A DNA stretch of 64,000 nucleotides from an uncultured Desulfovibrio sp. (GCA_964647835.1 CAZYJQ010000004.1:2212-66211); one strand, 5' to 3'. Shown: positions 29,102 through 39,515, numbered from the stretch's first letter. Notes: generated by a model from the letters alone, not told the origin. Translations and numbers: made by a program.

Positions 29102-30577
29102 ATGCAACTCTACAATACGCTCACCCGTAAAAAAGAAGAATTTACCCCCCTTGTTCCGAATAAAGTCGGCCTTTACGCTTGTGGCATAACCGCTTATGAC
29201 TTTTGCCATATAGGTCACGCCCGTTCAGCCATTGTCTTTGACGTGCTGGTTCGCTACTTAAAATATAAAAAATTTGATGTGACCTTCGTTCGCAACTTTA
29301 CGGACGTTGATGATAAAATCATTGCCCGCGCTCAAAGGGAAAATGTTTCAGAAGACGATATTACCACTCGCTTTATTCAAGCCTTCCATGACGACATGGA
29401 TAGATTAGGCGTCGCAAGGGCCGACATCGAGCCCAAGGCCACCGACCATATCACTGAGATGATTGAAATTTGCGAACATCTCATTGAACAAGGTCACGCC
29501 TATGCCACTCCCGGTGGAGACGTCTATTTCCGCGTCCGCTCCTATGCCGATTACGGCAAGCTTTCAGGCCGAAGCATTGATGAACTCATGAGCGGCGCGA
29601 GAGTTCTCCCCGGCGAAGAAAAAGAAGATCCCCTCGACTTTGCCCTGTGGAAAGGCGCCAAAGAAGGCGAACCTTTCTGGGAAAGCCCTTGGGGTAAAGG
29701 ACGCCCCGGCTGGCATATCGAATGCTCCGCCATGAGCGAAAAGTATCTGCCTCTGCCCTTTGATATTCACGGTGGCGGACAAGACCTTGTCTTCCCTCAC
29801 CATGAAAACGAAATTGCCCAAACCGAAGCCGCCACGGGCAAAGAACTGGCTCGTTTCTGGGTTCATAACGGTTTTGTACAAATAAACTCCGAAAAGATGG
29901 CTAAATCATTGGGGAACTTTAAAACCATCCGCGATATTTTGGAAATCACCCTTCCCGAAGTATTGCGCTATTTCCTCATCACCCGCCATTACCGCAGCCC
30001 CATCGACTATTCCCTTGATGCCCTTGAAGAAGTAGAACGCAACCTCAAGCGCCTTTATGAAACTCTTCTGCATATGGACACCTTCCTCAAAGGGGCCGCT
30101 GGCAATACCGACCTTCCCGCCACTGCTGACAAGGTCATCGCCCCGCTTATGGACGAAGTGAACGCGAGCATAGAGGGATGGCAGGTCGCCATGGCTGACG
30201 ATGTAAACACCGCTGCCGCCCTTGGGCATATAAACGCTTTACTGCGCTTTGTCGGGCGTATTTTTGAAGATAAAAATCTTCGTAAAAACCCCGCCATTCC
30301 CGCCATCTTCACCACCATCCGCAAGGCTTTGAAGGAATTTAGCGAAGTTTTGGGCGTTCTTGGTGAAGAGCCCGCCGTTTTCTTGGAAAATTTACGCGCC
30401 ATTCGGGCCAAAAGAAAAGAAATCGACCCCGCCGCCATCGGCAGTTTATTGGAAAAACGCGAAACGGCCCGCAAAGACAAAGACTTTGCCACGGCCGACG
30501 CTGTTCGCGACCAGCTCATAGGGCTTGGGGTTGAAATTCGCGATACCCCTGAAGGTCAGACATGGGATATTTTATAA
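29102..30577 (+). CDS. cysS: Cysteine-tRNA ligase
   Basis: YACG, HIGH, PGWHIECSAM, HHENE, KMAKS. Confidence 0.98.
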   Translation: MQLYNTLTRKKEEFTPLVPNKVGLYACGITAYDFCHIGHARSAIVFDVLVRYLKYKKFDVTFVRNFTDVDDKIIARAQRENVSEDDITTRFIQAFHDDMDRLGVARADIEPKATDHITEMIEICEHLIEQGHAYATPGGDVYFRVRSYADYGKLSGRSIDELMSGARVLPGEEKEDPLDFALWKGAKEGEPFWESPWGKGRPGWHIECSAMSEKYLPLPFDIHGGGQDLVFPHHENEIAQTEAATGKELARFWVHNGFVQINSEKMAKSLGNFKTIRDILEITLPEVLRYFLITRHYRSPIDYSLDALEEVERNLKRLYETLLHMDTFLKGAAGNTDLPATADKVIAPLMDEVNASIEGWQVAMADDVNTAAALGHINALLRFVGRIFEDKNLRKNPAIPAIFTTIRKALKEFSEVLGVLGEEPAVFLENLRAIRAKRKEIDPAAIGSLLEKRETARKDKDFATADAVRDQLIGLGVEIRDTPEGQTWDIL

Positions 30578-31971
30578 AGAAACAGTATTCCACCTTTTTT
30601 CTTAAAGCATTTCTATGCTTATTTTTCGTGCAGAGCCTCATGGTTTTTCCCATGGGCTCTGCTTACGCTTTTTCCCACAAAGACGAAGTGGAACTGGGCA
30701 AGAAGTTCAACGTTTTAATTCGCTCCCGCCTGCCCATCGTTCACGACCCTGAAGTTGTTTTGTACATTAACGACCTCATCGCGCGCCTCTCCAAAAACAT
30801 TCCCCCTCAGCCGTTCTCGTTCACTCCTGCCGTTGTGGCAAGCCCCAGTTTAAACGCTTTCGCCACACCCGGCGGCTATGTTTTCGCTTTTACTGGGCTC
30901 ATCCTCGCCATGGACACCGAAGACGAACTCGCCGCTGTTATGGCGCACGAAATCGCCCACGTTACGGAACGCCATGTTGCCAAACGCATTGAAGATTCCC
31001 AAGTAATCAGTCTGCTCTCCTTGGTGGGCATGCTCGCGGGCGCTTTGATGGGTGGAGACGCGGGAAGCGCCGCCGCCATTGGCGGTATGGCTGCTTCGCA
31101 GTCCGCCATGCTCAGCTATAGTCGCGCGGACGAAAACGAAGCCGACATGATGGGCATGAAATATCTTATTGACGCTGGCTACGATCCCTATGGCATGCCC
31201 CGCGCCTTTGAAGTATTAAGCAGACGCCAGTGGATTATGGGCGCATCCATTCCAACCTACCTCTCGACCCACCCCGCCCTCAAAGACAGAATACACACCA
31301 CCACTGTTCGCCTCGAACGTAATACACAGTCAAAAATGCGCCCTGTGGATAACAATAGATTCAAGCGGATTCAAACTCTGCTTCGAGCCTATTACTCTGA
31401 CCCAGCCACCGCTTTGCAATATTTTAAGAAACAAACCAGCGGTGAGAATGCCGGCCTGGCCCATATGGGTCTTGGCATCCTCGCCTCGCGCGGCAACAGA
31501 GTCGCTGAAGCCGTGGCGGCCTTTGATAAAGCCCTAGCCACTTCTCCCAATGATCAACTCATAATGCGCGAAGCCGGAAGGTTCCACTACCTCAAAGGCA
31601 ACAAACAAAAAGCCACGGAATATTTGAGCAAGGCCGTAGCCATGAACAAAAAAGATATCATGGGGCTGTTCTTTTTAGCTCGCAGTCAGGCTGACAGAGG
31701 TCAACTGCATGAAGCCATTACCAACCTCAATTATATTCTGCGTTTTGTGCCCGAAGACTCCGAAATTCATTTTTTCCTGGCCCGCTACCACGGGCAACAA
31801 AAGAATCTCTTCGACGCCAACCTTCATATGGCTTATAGCGCCCTGTATGAAAACAACAAAAAGAATGTCGTCAAGTTTTTGGACGGCGCCAAGCAATACG
31901 CCACCACAGCGCACGAAGCTAAGCTTGAGCGTTTTGAAAAAATCTATTCCGAACGTAAAGAATTCTGGTAA
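30562..31971 (+). CDS. M48 metalloprotease with TPRs (BepA/YfgC-like)
   Basis: NAFATPGG, HEIAH, YSRADENEAD, STHP; start uncertain. Confidence 0.9.
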   Translation: MGYFIKKQYSTFFLKAFLCLFFVQSLMVFPMGSAYAFSHKDEVELGKKFNVLIRSRLPIVHDPEVVLYINDLIARLSKNIPPQPFSFTPAVVASPSLNAFATPGGYVFAFTGLILAMDTEDELAAVMAHEIAHVTERHVAKRIEDSQVISLLSLVGMLAGALMGGDAGSAAAIGGMAASQSAMLSYSRADENEADMMGMKYLIDAGYDPYGMPRAFEVLSRRQWIMGASIPTYLSTHPALKDRIHTTTVRLERNTQSKMRPVDNNRFKRIQTLLRAYYSDPATALQYFKKQTSGENAGLAHMGLGILASRGNRVAEAVAAFDKALATSPNDQLIMREAGRFHYLKGNKQKATEYLSKAVAMNKKDIMGLFFLARSQADRGQLHEAITNLNYILRFVPEDSEIHFFLARYHGQQKNLFDANLHMAYSALYENNKKNVVKFLDGAKQYATTAHEAKLERFEKIYSERKEFW

Positions 31972-32049
31972 TTCTAGTCAGTTGTGTAGTTCGGGTATTT
32001 TAATAATCTGTTAATCTGATTTCTGGCTATCCAGTTACTTGAGGTTATA

Positions 32050-33213
32050 ATGCTGCAATTTTCACCCTCTTCCATGTTAGTCTCCCCCCCTTCACCTCGC
32101 AAGGGCAACTCCCAAGTTCTCTCTCTTCCCGTACCCCTGACCCTCTTGAGGCTGCCCCTTATAATCGCCCTTTTACTGACTTTTATGCTCGCCCAAAGCG
32201 CTTGCTCCAACGACACGCCTGAACAACTTTCAAACGAAGGTGCTTCGGCAGAGCAGACGTCAGATGCTCAACAAGCATCTGGAGAACAAAAGTCTGGCGA
32301 CCTGATATCGGGCAACCAAGGCTCACATCAGCAAGCCTCCACAAAGACCGAAACCACCTCCCCTCTTCTTGTGGGTGTTATGCCTTCCCTAGACTATCTC
32401 CCCCTCGCCATTGCCGAGCGAGAAGGCTATTTCGCCGAACTTAATCTTCCTGTGACTATTCAACTCTTTTTTTCGGCCAATGAGAGAGACGCCGCTTTCC
32501 AAAGTAACACCATTGACGGCACTGTCATTGACTATACAGGCGCTATCATCCAACACGCCAGTGGAGTTAATCTACGGCTCACTTCGCGCTGTGACGCCCC
32601 TTTCTACCTTCTCTCAAGCCCAGCCTCAGGGGTAACCGCCCTCAGTGCCCTTAAGGGACATAGCGTGGCTGTTTCGCAAAACACCGTCATCGATTACCTT
32701 GTAGACAAAGCGCTGGACTCGGCCCAGCTACAGGCGCAAGATGTCACCAAGGTAGAGATAAACCGCATCCCCATCCGTTACGAAATGCTCGTTAACAACA
32801 AAATTGACGCCACGGGATTACCTAACCCCTTCGCCTTGCTGGCCCAAAAAGCCAAAGCCAACATTCTGAGTTCCAATGACGATTTAAAACTGTCCATCAC
32901 CGGAATTATGTTTACCCAGAGCGCCGTTGAAGGAAAAGCCGAAGAAATTCGCAAGCTCTATGTGGCCTATGCCAAAGGCGTCGAGTATTTAAAAACCCAC
33001 TCCATGGAAGATATTCAGGATATCCTCATTGACCGCTTTGGCTATACCCAAGAGCTCATCACCAGCTCCACAGTCCCCCTCTATAACGCCCCTGCCCTGC
33101 CCGATGAAGAAAGCATTCGGCAGGTAACCGCATGGCTTAAAGATCGAGAGCTTATTACCCCAGACTACGACCCCTTTACAGCGGGTTTGCTCGACGGGCA
33201 ATATCTCCCCTAG
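32050..33213 (+). CDS. ABC transporter substrate-binding lipoprotein, NitT/TauT family
   Basis: Lipobox-like QSAC, Ser/Gln linker, LPLAIAEREGYF; first gene of an SBP-ATPase-permease set; true start probably downstream. Confidence 0.85.
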   Translation: MLQFSPSSMLVSPPSPRKGNSQVLSLPVPLTLLRLPLIIALLLTFMLAQSACSNDTPEQLSNEGASAEQTSDAQQASGEQKSGDLISGNQGSHQQASTKTETTSPLLVGVMPSLDYLPLAIAEREGYFAELNLPVTIQLFFSANERDAAFQSNTIDGTVIDYTGAIIQHASGVNLRLTSRCDAPFYLLSSPASGVTALSALKGHSVAVSQNTVIDYLVDKALDSAQLQAQDVTKVEINRIPIRYEMLVNNKIDATGLPNPFALLAQKAKANILSSNDDLKLSITGIMFTQSAVEGKAEEIRKLYVAYAKGVEYLKTHSMEDIQDILIDRFGYTQELITSSTVPLYNAPALPDEESIRQVTAWLKDRELITPDYDPFTAGLLDGQYLP

Positions 33214-33227
33214 CAAGCACTATTTTC

Positions 33228-33962
33228 ATGATTGTCATCGATAACTTACAGGCTGGCTACGATGGCGCGCCTGTATTAGAAAACTTCTCCCTCAGGCTTG
33301 ACGAAGGGGCTATCTATGCCCTTATCGGACCCTCGGGCTGTGGAAAATCCACACTGTTGCGAATCCTGTGCGGCATCCATCGCCGCTATACAGGCTCCAT
33401 CCTCCACAACGGCACCCCATGGGAAAAAGCCAATGTCGCCATTGGCTACGTTCCACAACACTATGGGCTCCTTGAATGGAAAACCGTCGAGCAAAACATT
33501 TTTTTGCCCCTCAAGGTCGGCAAACGAAAGCATGCCTCTTCCCCTGTCGCCGAAGAAGTCATTGAAACCCTAGGCATTGCAAGTCTTCTTAAGCGGTTCC
33601 CCAAAGAAATCAGCGGTGGTCAAAAACAACGTGTGGCCCTTGCCCGCGCCTTTATCATGCAGCCGGACATTCTTCTTATGGACGAGCCTTTTTCTGCCCT
33701 TGACGCCCTCACTTCCCAAGCCTCCCAGCGTCTTTTCTTGTCCTTATGGCAAAAATGGCAAACGACGACCCTCTTTATTACGCATAATATGCGCGAGGCC
33801 GTAGCCGTTGGACAAGAAATACTGGTTATGAGCAAAGAGGCCCACACCATAACTGGCCAGCTGACAAATCCCTGTTTTGGCTCCCTTGCCCCGCAAAACG
33901 AACAAGGCGTTATCAACGCCATAACACAGCACCTCTACCCTGCGGGACAGGTGCCCTCATGA
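33228..33962 (+). CDS. ABC transporter ATP-binding protein, NitT/TauT family
   Basis: GPSGCGKS, ISGGQKQR, LLMDEPFSALD, THN. Confidence 0.93.
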   Translation: MIVIDNLQAGYDGAPVLENFSLRLDEGAIYALIGPSGCGKSTLLRILCGIHRRYTGSILHNGTPWEKANVAIGYVPQHYGLLEWKTVEQNIFLPLKVGKRKHASSPVAEEVIETLGIASLLKRFPKEISGGQKQRVALARAFIMQPDILLMDEPFSALDALTSQASQRLFLSLWQKWQTTTLFITHNMREAVAVGQEILVMSKEAHTITGQLTNPCFGSLAPQNEQGVINAITQHLYPAGQVPS

Positions 33963-34765
33963 GCCAGCAATCACCACTCTTCCCTGCTGAAGAGGCCGCC
34001 CGATTCGGGCTTAAAGGAACCCGCTACCTCTTCACCATTGTTGTCGGTTTTCTTCTTTTCAACCTACTTTGGCTAGCCGCGGCTCTTTATCTGGATATGC
34101 AAGCTCTGCCCAGCCCGCAAGATGTCTATGGCGACTGGCAAAAAGCGCTGAGCAAAGGCATTATGCAACACGGCACGACAAGCCTTGGGCGTGTTCTTAT
34201 CAGTTTGGGTTCGGCCCTTGCTCTGGCTCTCTTCATGGCCATTCCCATGGGCATGAATAAGGTCGTCAACAACTGCCTCGGACCCCTTTTGTATTTCTCC
34301 TACCCCATTCCCAAGTTGGCGCTTTTGCCCATTGTCATGATTCTTCTCGGCATTGGCGAAGGGGCCAAGATTACGGTCATTGTTCTTATTATTGTGTTCC
34401 AGCTTATTATCGCCATCCGCGATGCTATTATGAACATACCCGCTGAAAACTACGCGCTTCTCACTGCCCTGGGGGCATCGCCCTTTGAGAAACTTCTCCA
34501 TATCACCCTTCCGGCGACCCTTCCCACAATTCTTTCGTCCGTCAGGGTATCCATCGGCATTGCGCTTTCGGCCTTATTTTTCACGGAAACCTTTGGCACA
34601 ACCTATGGTCTGGGCTTTTATATTACCGACTGCTGGATGCGCCGCGATTACCTGCAAATGTATTTCGGCATCGTGGTCTTAGCCCTCATTGGTCTGAGCC
34701 TGTTCATCCTGCTTGATGTTATGGAAAAACTTTGTTGTCGTTGGAATCGTAACAAGCAGTATTAG
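33959..34765 (+). CDS. ABC transporter permease, NitT/TauT family
   Basis: ATGA overlap with the ATPase; PIPKLALLP, EAA-like loop, multiple TMs. Confidence 0.92.
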   Translation: MSQQSPLFPAEEAARFGLKGTRYLFTIVVGFLLFNLLWLAAALYLDMQALPSPQDVYGDWQKALSKGIMQHGTTSLGRVLISLGSALALALFMAIPMGMNKVVNNCLGPLLYFSYPIPKLALLPIVMILLGIGEGAKITVIVLIIVFQLIIAIRDAIMNIPAENYALLTALGASPFEKLLHITLPATLPTILSSVRVSIGIALSALFFTETFGTTYGLGFYITDCWMRRDYLQMYFGIVVLALIGLSLFILLDVMEKLCCRWNRNKQY

Positions 34766-34955
34766 CTACTGTAGTGCCAGACCAAGGGCACTCAGCCGTG
34801 CCCACTAAGCCCTGAGAAGTTACCTTATTCACCTTGGCAATTTGCCTTGTTAATCAGCCCCGTAGTTTTCCGGGACATTTACTCAGACCATGCATCTTTA
34901 TCCATGCATTTCTTATAGTTAACATTGTTCTTCACCTTTACTCAGCGATACTACT

Positions 34956-35504
34956 ATGGATTATGAAAAAAGCCGTTCTCAAAAAAAACGTGAAAGCACC
35001 GCCCTACAGAAAATAGGGGAAGAGCTTATCCTACTGCCTGCTTCTGTTCTCGAAGACCTTAATCTCCCCCCCACTCTTTTGGAGGCCATCCTCACCTGCC
35101 AAAGTTTACCACTCAACGAAGCGCGAAGACGTCAAACCCAATATGTCGGTAAGCTTATGCGCCAAGTGGAAGAACCCGAAAAACTTGAAGAAGCCATTAA
35201 TGAGGCCAAGATTGGACTGCAAGCGGAAGATGTCTATTTTCAAGACATCGAAAGGATAAGAAATAGACTCCTTGACCATGATAAAGATAAGCGCACCCAA
35301 GCATTACAAGGATTTCTTCATGAATATCCCCAGTGCGACGCCAACCAACTGCGCTCGCTTATTCGAGGCGCCCTTGCCGAGGCAGAAAAAGCCAAGAAGA
35401 ACGACAAACCCGGTCAAGCCAGTGTAAAGCCGAAGACTCGCGCTCTTTTCCGCTGGTTACGCGAAGCCATGGCACAAGGTGGAGAGGAATACACTGGGGA
35501 ATAA
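34956..35504 (+). CDS. darP: Ribosome maturation factor DarP (YjgA/DUF615)
   Basis: KSRSQKKRE...LQKIGEEL, RRRQTQYVGKLMR, LRSLIR, LFRWL. Confidence 0.88.
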   Translation: MDYEKSRSQKKRESTALQKIGEELILLPASVLEDLNLPPTLLEAILTCQSLPLNEARRRQTQYVGKLMRQVEEPEKLEEAINEAKIGLQAEDVYFQDIERIRNRLLDHDKDKRTQALQGFLHEYPQCDANQLRSLIRGALAEAEKAKKNDKPGQASVKPKTRALFRWLREAMAQGGEEYTGE

Positions 35505-35525
35505 GGGGGAACTGAAAGGAATATC

Positions 35526-35714
35526 CCAACAAGCCAACCATGTTGGGGGAATGTATGCAAGGGGTCGTGTTGATTACTGAGGACTTTCGGTCAATGGAAT
35601 GCAGGGGGAGATGTATCCTCCCCGTGAAATTTTCTTGAATAAAACAGAGGAAGAGGAGGGGTTCAAAGGGTATGATACCCTTTGCGGGGAGTTTGAGGGG
35701 CAGGGCCCCTCAAA
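35526..35714. repeat. Cluster of palindromes, REP-like
   Basis: CCCAACA...TGTTGGG; GGGGAG...CTCCCC; CAAAGGGTAT-g-ATACCCTTTG (35664-35684); TTTGAGGGGC-agg-GCCCCTCAAA (35692-35714). Confidence 0.6.
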
Positions 35715-35725
35715 AAAAATCTTCC

Positions 35726-36577
35726 TTATGGCAAGTCAGCCAGTTTGGATTTAAAAAATTCCTCCGCCTTCTCAGGCACAGCGATAATGCTCACCCCATG
35801 GCTATTGGCGAGCCGAATGCTCTCATCCTTATCAAAGAACAAAACCTTGCCCGCTTCAAAGGCTAAGCATGTAAACTTGCTTTCGGCTAAGAGCTCAATG
35901 GTTTTACTGCCTAGCGAAGGTTTATCAAGGCGCTCGTCCTGCTTTGGTTTCAGCACCTTAACCAAGGTCGTTCCATGGGGGATAAGCTTACCAGCGCGAC
36001 GAATAACCTCATCTGTTCCCTCTATGGCTTCCACCGCCACAATGGCCCCCATGCGCACCGCCACACACTGTCCGATGTCGTGCTTTCCAATAATCTTGGC
36101 CTTTTCCCAGCCAAGGGCAATGTCCTCCCAAACCTCACGCGAGGGTTCAGGCCCGGCAAGCAAACCAAGGGGCGTATCGAGCAAGGAGGGAACCAGTTCT
36201 TCAGGCTTTACAACGGCTATACCTTCGCTCGCTATTTCTTCGGCAAAAAGGCGTAAAACAGCGTCATCACCGCGGTTTCCCGCCAGTTTAAACAACATCT
36301 TTGCCGCCCTGAAGTCAGGCTTAATATCCACGGTTTTGGGTTTATTAATGGCGCCCGCCATACACAGCTTGGTAACCTGATGTTTTTTGAAAAAATCTAT
36401 CAGTTTACCTACCTGTCCAATATTCACGGTCAAATACGCCTGACAAACTTCTTCAAGAGCCGTATCGGTATTATTTTCAAAACCAACCGCCACAACGGTA
36501 TGCCCCAAAGCCTTAGCCCCTTCGGCAACCAAAAAAGGGAATTGCCCCGAACCTGCGATAATCCCGATGATACTCAT
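35726..36577 (-). CDS. lpxI: UDP-2,3-diacylglucosamine diphosphatase LpxI
   Basis: GIIAGSGQFP, HDIGQ, AVEAIEGTD, QDERLDKP; downstream of lpxA. Confidence 0.92.
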   Translation of the reverse strand: MSIIGIIAGSGQFPFLVAEGAKALGHTVVAVGFENNTDTALEEVCQAYLTVNIGQVGKLIDFFKKHQVTKLCMAGAINKPKTVDIKPDFRAAKMLFKLAGNRGDDAVLRLFAEEIASEGIAVVKPEELVPSLLDTPLGLLAGPEPSREVWEDIALGWEKAKIIGKHDIGQCVAVRMGAIVAVEAIEGTDEVIRRAGKLIPHGTTLVKVLKPKQDERLDKPSLGSKTIELLAESKFTCLAFEAGKVLFFDKDESIRLANSHGVSIIAVPEKAEEFFKSKLADLP

Positions 36578-36660
36578 AAACCCTCAACTCCCTCTAACGA
36601 AACAACCGTTCTTCAAGCCTTGGCTTAAAAAACGGTTGTGCATATGAGCAATAAGCTATT

Positions 36661-37464
36661 TTAATCCTGCAAATTACCACGTTGAACAGACAATACGCCT
36701 CGTTCGCTGGAATGGATAAAATCAAGGAAAAGTTGCACTTCTTCGATTTCGCCATACTCTTCTTTAACTTGCGCCAAGGCCTCTTGTCTGGGCGTTCCAG
36801 ACAGCCAGATAATGCGATAAATATTACGCATGGCGGTAATGGTCGCCGTGGGCACTTTCATGCGGCGCAGACCCACAATATTGGGCCCGTTAAGACCCGC
36901 GCGGTTGCCAACAGCCAGCATATAGGGAGGCAAATCCATACTGATGCCCGTCATACCACCCACAAAAGAGTGGGTCCCAATGCGGACGAACTGGTGGACA
37001 GCCGACAACCCACCAATGATGGCAAAATCGTGAACCTCGACGTGACCTGCGAGAGTCGCGTTATTGGACATGACCACATTATTGCCGACCTTGCAGTCGT
37101 GGGCTATGTGGCAGTAAGCCATAATAAGGTTATTGCTGCCAATGGAGGTCAGGGCTCCGCCGCCTTCGGTTCCCCTGTGCAGGGTGGCGAACTCACGAAT
37201 GGTGTTGTTATCGCCAATGACCATGGCTGAAACTTCACCGTGAAATTTCAAATCCTGCGGGGTGCCTCCCACAATGGCGAAGGAATGAACGGTATTCCCT
37301 TTCCCCATGCGAGTGTATTGCTTTATCTGGGCCTGGGCGTGAATGGTGCAATTGTCACCAATGACAACATCATCTTCAATAATGGCATAGGCCCCGACAC
37401 TAACCCCGTCTCCAAGCTGAGCGCTGGGGGCGACAATGGCGGTGGGATGAATTAGTGAACTCAC
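36661..37464 (-). CDS. lpxA: UDP-N-acetylglucosamine acyltransferase
   Basis: IHPTAIV, hexapeptide repeats, PQDLKF, HIAHDC, HQFVRIG. Confidence 0.97.
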   Translation of the reverse strand: MSSLIHPTAIVAPSAQLGDGVSVGAYAIIEDDVVIGDNCTIHAQAQIKQYTRMGKGNTVHSFAIVGGTPQDLKFHGEVSAMVIGDNNTIREFATLHRGTEGGGALTSIGSNNLIMAYCHIAHDCKVGNNVVMSNNATLAGHVEVHDFAIIGGLSAVHQFVRIGTHSFVGGMTGISMDLPPYMLAVGNRAGLNGPNIVGLRRMKVPTATITAMRNIYRIIWLSGTPRQEALAQVKEEYGEIEEVQLFLDFIHSSERGVLSVQRGNLQD

Positions 37465-37937
37465 GAAATGTGCTCCTTTCCAGTAATAGCAGCTGTCATT
37501 TCGGCTTGAACAGCCAATTGTCCATCAACCATGGCAGTCCCTTTCATACGCCACAGCTGGCGTTTTTGACGGGTAAGCTCACAAAATAAGTCCAGTCTGT
37601 CACCGGGTAAAACAGGACGTCTGAACTTTGCATTCTCAATGCCGGAGAAAAGGAAAATGGACTCTTTCAAGCGTTCTTCCTCAAATTCAGACAACACCAT
37701 CAGCCCACTGGCTTGCGCCAAGGCCTCGATGATGAGCACCCCGGGCATGACGGGCAGGCCGGGGAAGTGTCCCTGAAAAAAAGCTTCGTTGGCAGAAACG
37801 TTTTTATACGCATGGACGGACTTATTGGGAACAAGGCTGACCACTCTATCCACCAACAGGAAAGGATACCTGTGTGGGAGGTAAGTCATGATTTTTTTAA
37901 GGTCTAAGGGCCCGATATCATTCACTACATCACTCAT
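37461..37937 (-). CDS. fabZ: 3-hydroxyacyl-ACP dehydratase
   Basis: LPHRYPFLLVD, GHFP, PGVLIIEALAQ. Confidence 0.97.
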   Translation of the reverse strand: MSDVVNDIGPLDLKKIMTYLPHRYPFLLVDRVVSLVPNKSVHAYKNVSANEAFFQGHFPGLPVMPGVLIIEALAQASGLMVLSEFEEERLKESIFLFSGIENAKFRRPVLPGDRLDLFCELTRQKRQLWRMKGTAMVDGQLAVQAEMTAAITGKEHIS

Positions 37938-37952
37938 GAAAACTCCTCTTCC

Positions 37953-38978
37953 TTACGCTTTGTCTTCGTTCTTATCCGCAGACGCATTTTTTTCTAACTG
38001 AGAAACCCGTTTAAACAGGTCGGGGATTTTCGGGGCTAAAACCAGAAAGCGACCGTAGGTTCGTCTATCCATAAAGGGGGCTCCGCCGCCAATGGTGCCT
38101 GCGGGAATATCCGATGGAACGCCAGATTTGGCACCAATGGTCACATCCTCGCCAATGGTCAGGTGGCCCGCAACCCCAACTTGCCCTGCTAAGGTTGAAC
38201 GAGCGCCGATTTTAGTACTGCCCGCTATGCCAACCTGCGAAATAAGCAGGGTTTGCTCGCCAATTTGAACGTTGTGCCCTATTTGCACCATATTATCCAA
38301 CTTGGAGTCGGCCCCGATGCGAGTTGTCCCGATATGAGCCTTATCAATGCAAGTGTTGGCACCAATAACCACGCCTTTGGCAATATGCACGTCACCCGTC
38401 TGGGGAATATCCTGAATGCCGCCATCAAGGCGAATAAAGCCAAAGCCATCAGAACCAATGACAGCACCGGGATGAATGACCGAATTGTCACCAATGGTTA
38501 CAGCCCGCATAATAACGGCGTTGGGATAGACCATAACGCCATCGCCAAGGACAGACTCCTCGCCTATATAAGCGCCGGGAAATATCTGACAGCCCTTGCC
38601 CAAACGCACACGAGGCCCGATAAAAGCGAAGGGATAGACAACGCAGTCATCGCCCAATTGCGCCGTAGCGTCAACGTGAGCTTTGGGGCTTATCCCCTTT
38701 TCCTCACCCTGTGGCTTGGTAAAAATAAATCCTGCTCTCGCAAAATCAAGGTAAGGATTGGCGCTAATAAGGCAGTTGGCGATATGCTCTTTGGCCTCTT
38801 CCGGGGCGATAATAGCGCCGGCTTTGGTCTGCATAAGGAGGTTGGCGTACTTTGGATTGGAAAAAAAACTTAATTCCGAACCCGTCGCTTCCTCCAAAGA
38901 GTTCAACCCTGCAATCTCAAGATTGCCATCACCTGTATATTCCAGCCCTAATTGTTCAGCTAAAACAGAAAGTCTCAT
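37953..38978 (-). CDS. lpxD: UDP-3-O-acyl-glucosamine N-acyltransferase
   Basis: NPYLDFA, hexapeptide repeats, GSDGFGF, DNMVQIGHN. Confidence 0.97.
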   Translation of the reverse strand: MRLSVLAEQLGLEYTGDGNLEIAGLNSLEEATGSELSFFSNPKYANLLMQTKAGAIIAPEEAKEHIANCLISANPYLDFARAGFIFTKPQGEEKGISPKAHVDATAQLGDDCVVYPFAFIGPRVRLGKGCQIFPGAYIGEESVLGDGVMVYPNAVIMRAVTIGDNSVIHPGAVIGSDGFGFIRLDGGIQDIPQTGDVHIAKGVVIGANTCIDKAHIGTTRIGADSKLDNMVQIGHNVQIGEQTLLISQVGIAGSTKIGARSTLAGQVGVAGHLTIGEDVTIGAKSGVPSDIPAGTIGGGAPFMDRRTYGRFLVLAPKIPDLFKRVSQLEKNASADKNEDKA

Positions 38979-38996
38979 GCAGTTACCACCTTCAGG

Positions 38997-39515
38997 CTAT
39001 TTTTTCTTAGAGTCTTTCCAGAGGGAATTCACTTCTTCTACCATCTTGGCGGTAATGTCAGTGCCCTTTTCAAATTTTCCTGCGGGGAACAACAACCCTT
39101 GGGTATCAACGACTAAATCAAATTTGTTTTTTTCCGCATAAGTCTTCGCCGCCTGTAAGACTAGCTTGTCCATTTCAACACGTGCGGAAAGCTCAGATTC
39201 CTTTAAACGGGATAAGACTGCAGTGGTTTTTTCCATGTATTCAGTCTGACGTGTAATAAACTTTTCACGCTGTTCTTTAGTCGCCTTGGGGTCTTGCAAA
39301 ACAGTGGCTTCACCAGCGAGTTTTTCACGCTCGGCTTCAAGTTCCTTGCGAATGGGATCCATGATTTTTTGCATGGTAGCGTACAGTTCTTTAAGGGCAA
39401 CGCTCTGTTCCACGACCTTTTGTAAATCACACACAGCGACCTTAAGATCAGCACCATAGCTAGGAGTTGCCAAGCTCATTACCAAAAAAGCGGCGAGAAC
39501 AAATATCTTACGCAT
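38997..39515 (-). CDS. Periplasmic chaperone Skp/OmpH
   Basis: Signal peptide, KVAVCDLQKV, coiled coil, DLVVD...DIT; lies upstream of lpxD. Confidence 0.88.
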   Translation of the reverse strand: MRKIFVLAAFLVMSLATPSYGADLKVAVCDLQKVVEQSVALKELYATMQKIMDPIRKELEAEREKLAGEATVLQDPKATKEQREKFITRQTEYMEKTTAVLSRLKESELSARVEMDKLVLQAAKTYAEKNKFDLVVDTQGLLFPAGKFEKGTDITAKMVEEVNSLWKDSKKK

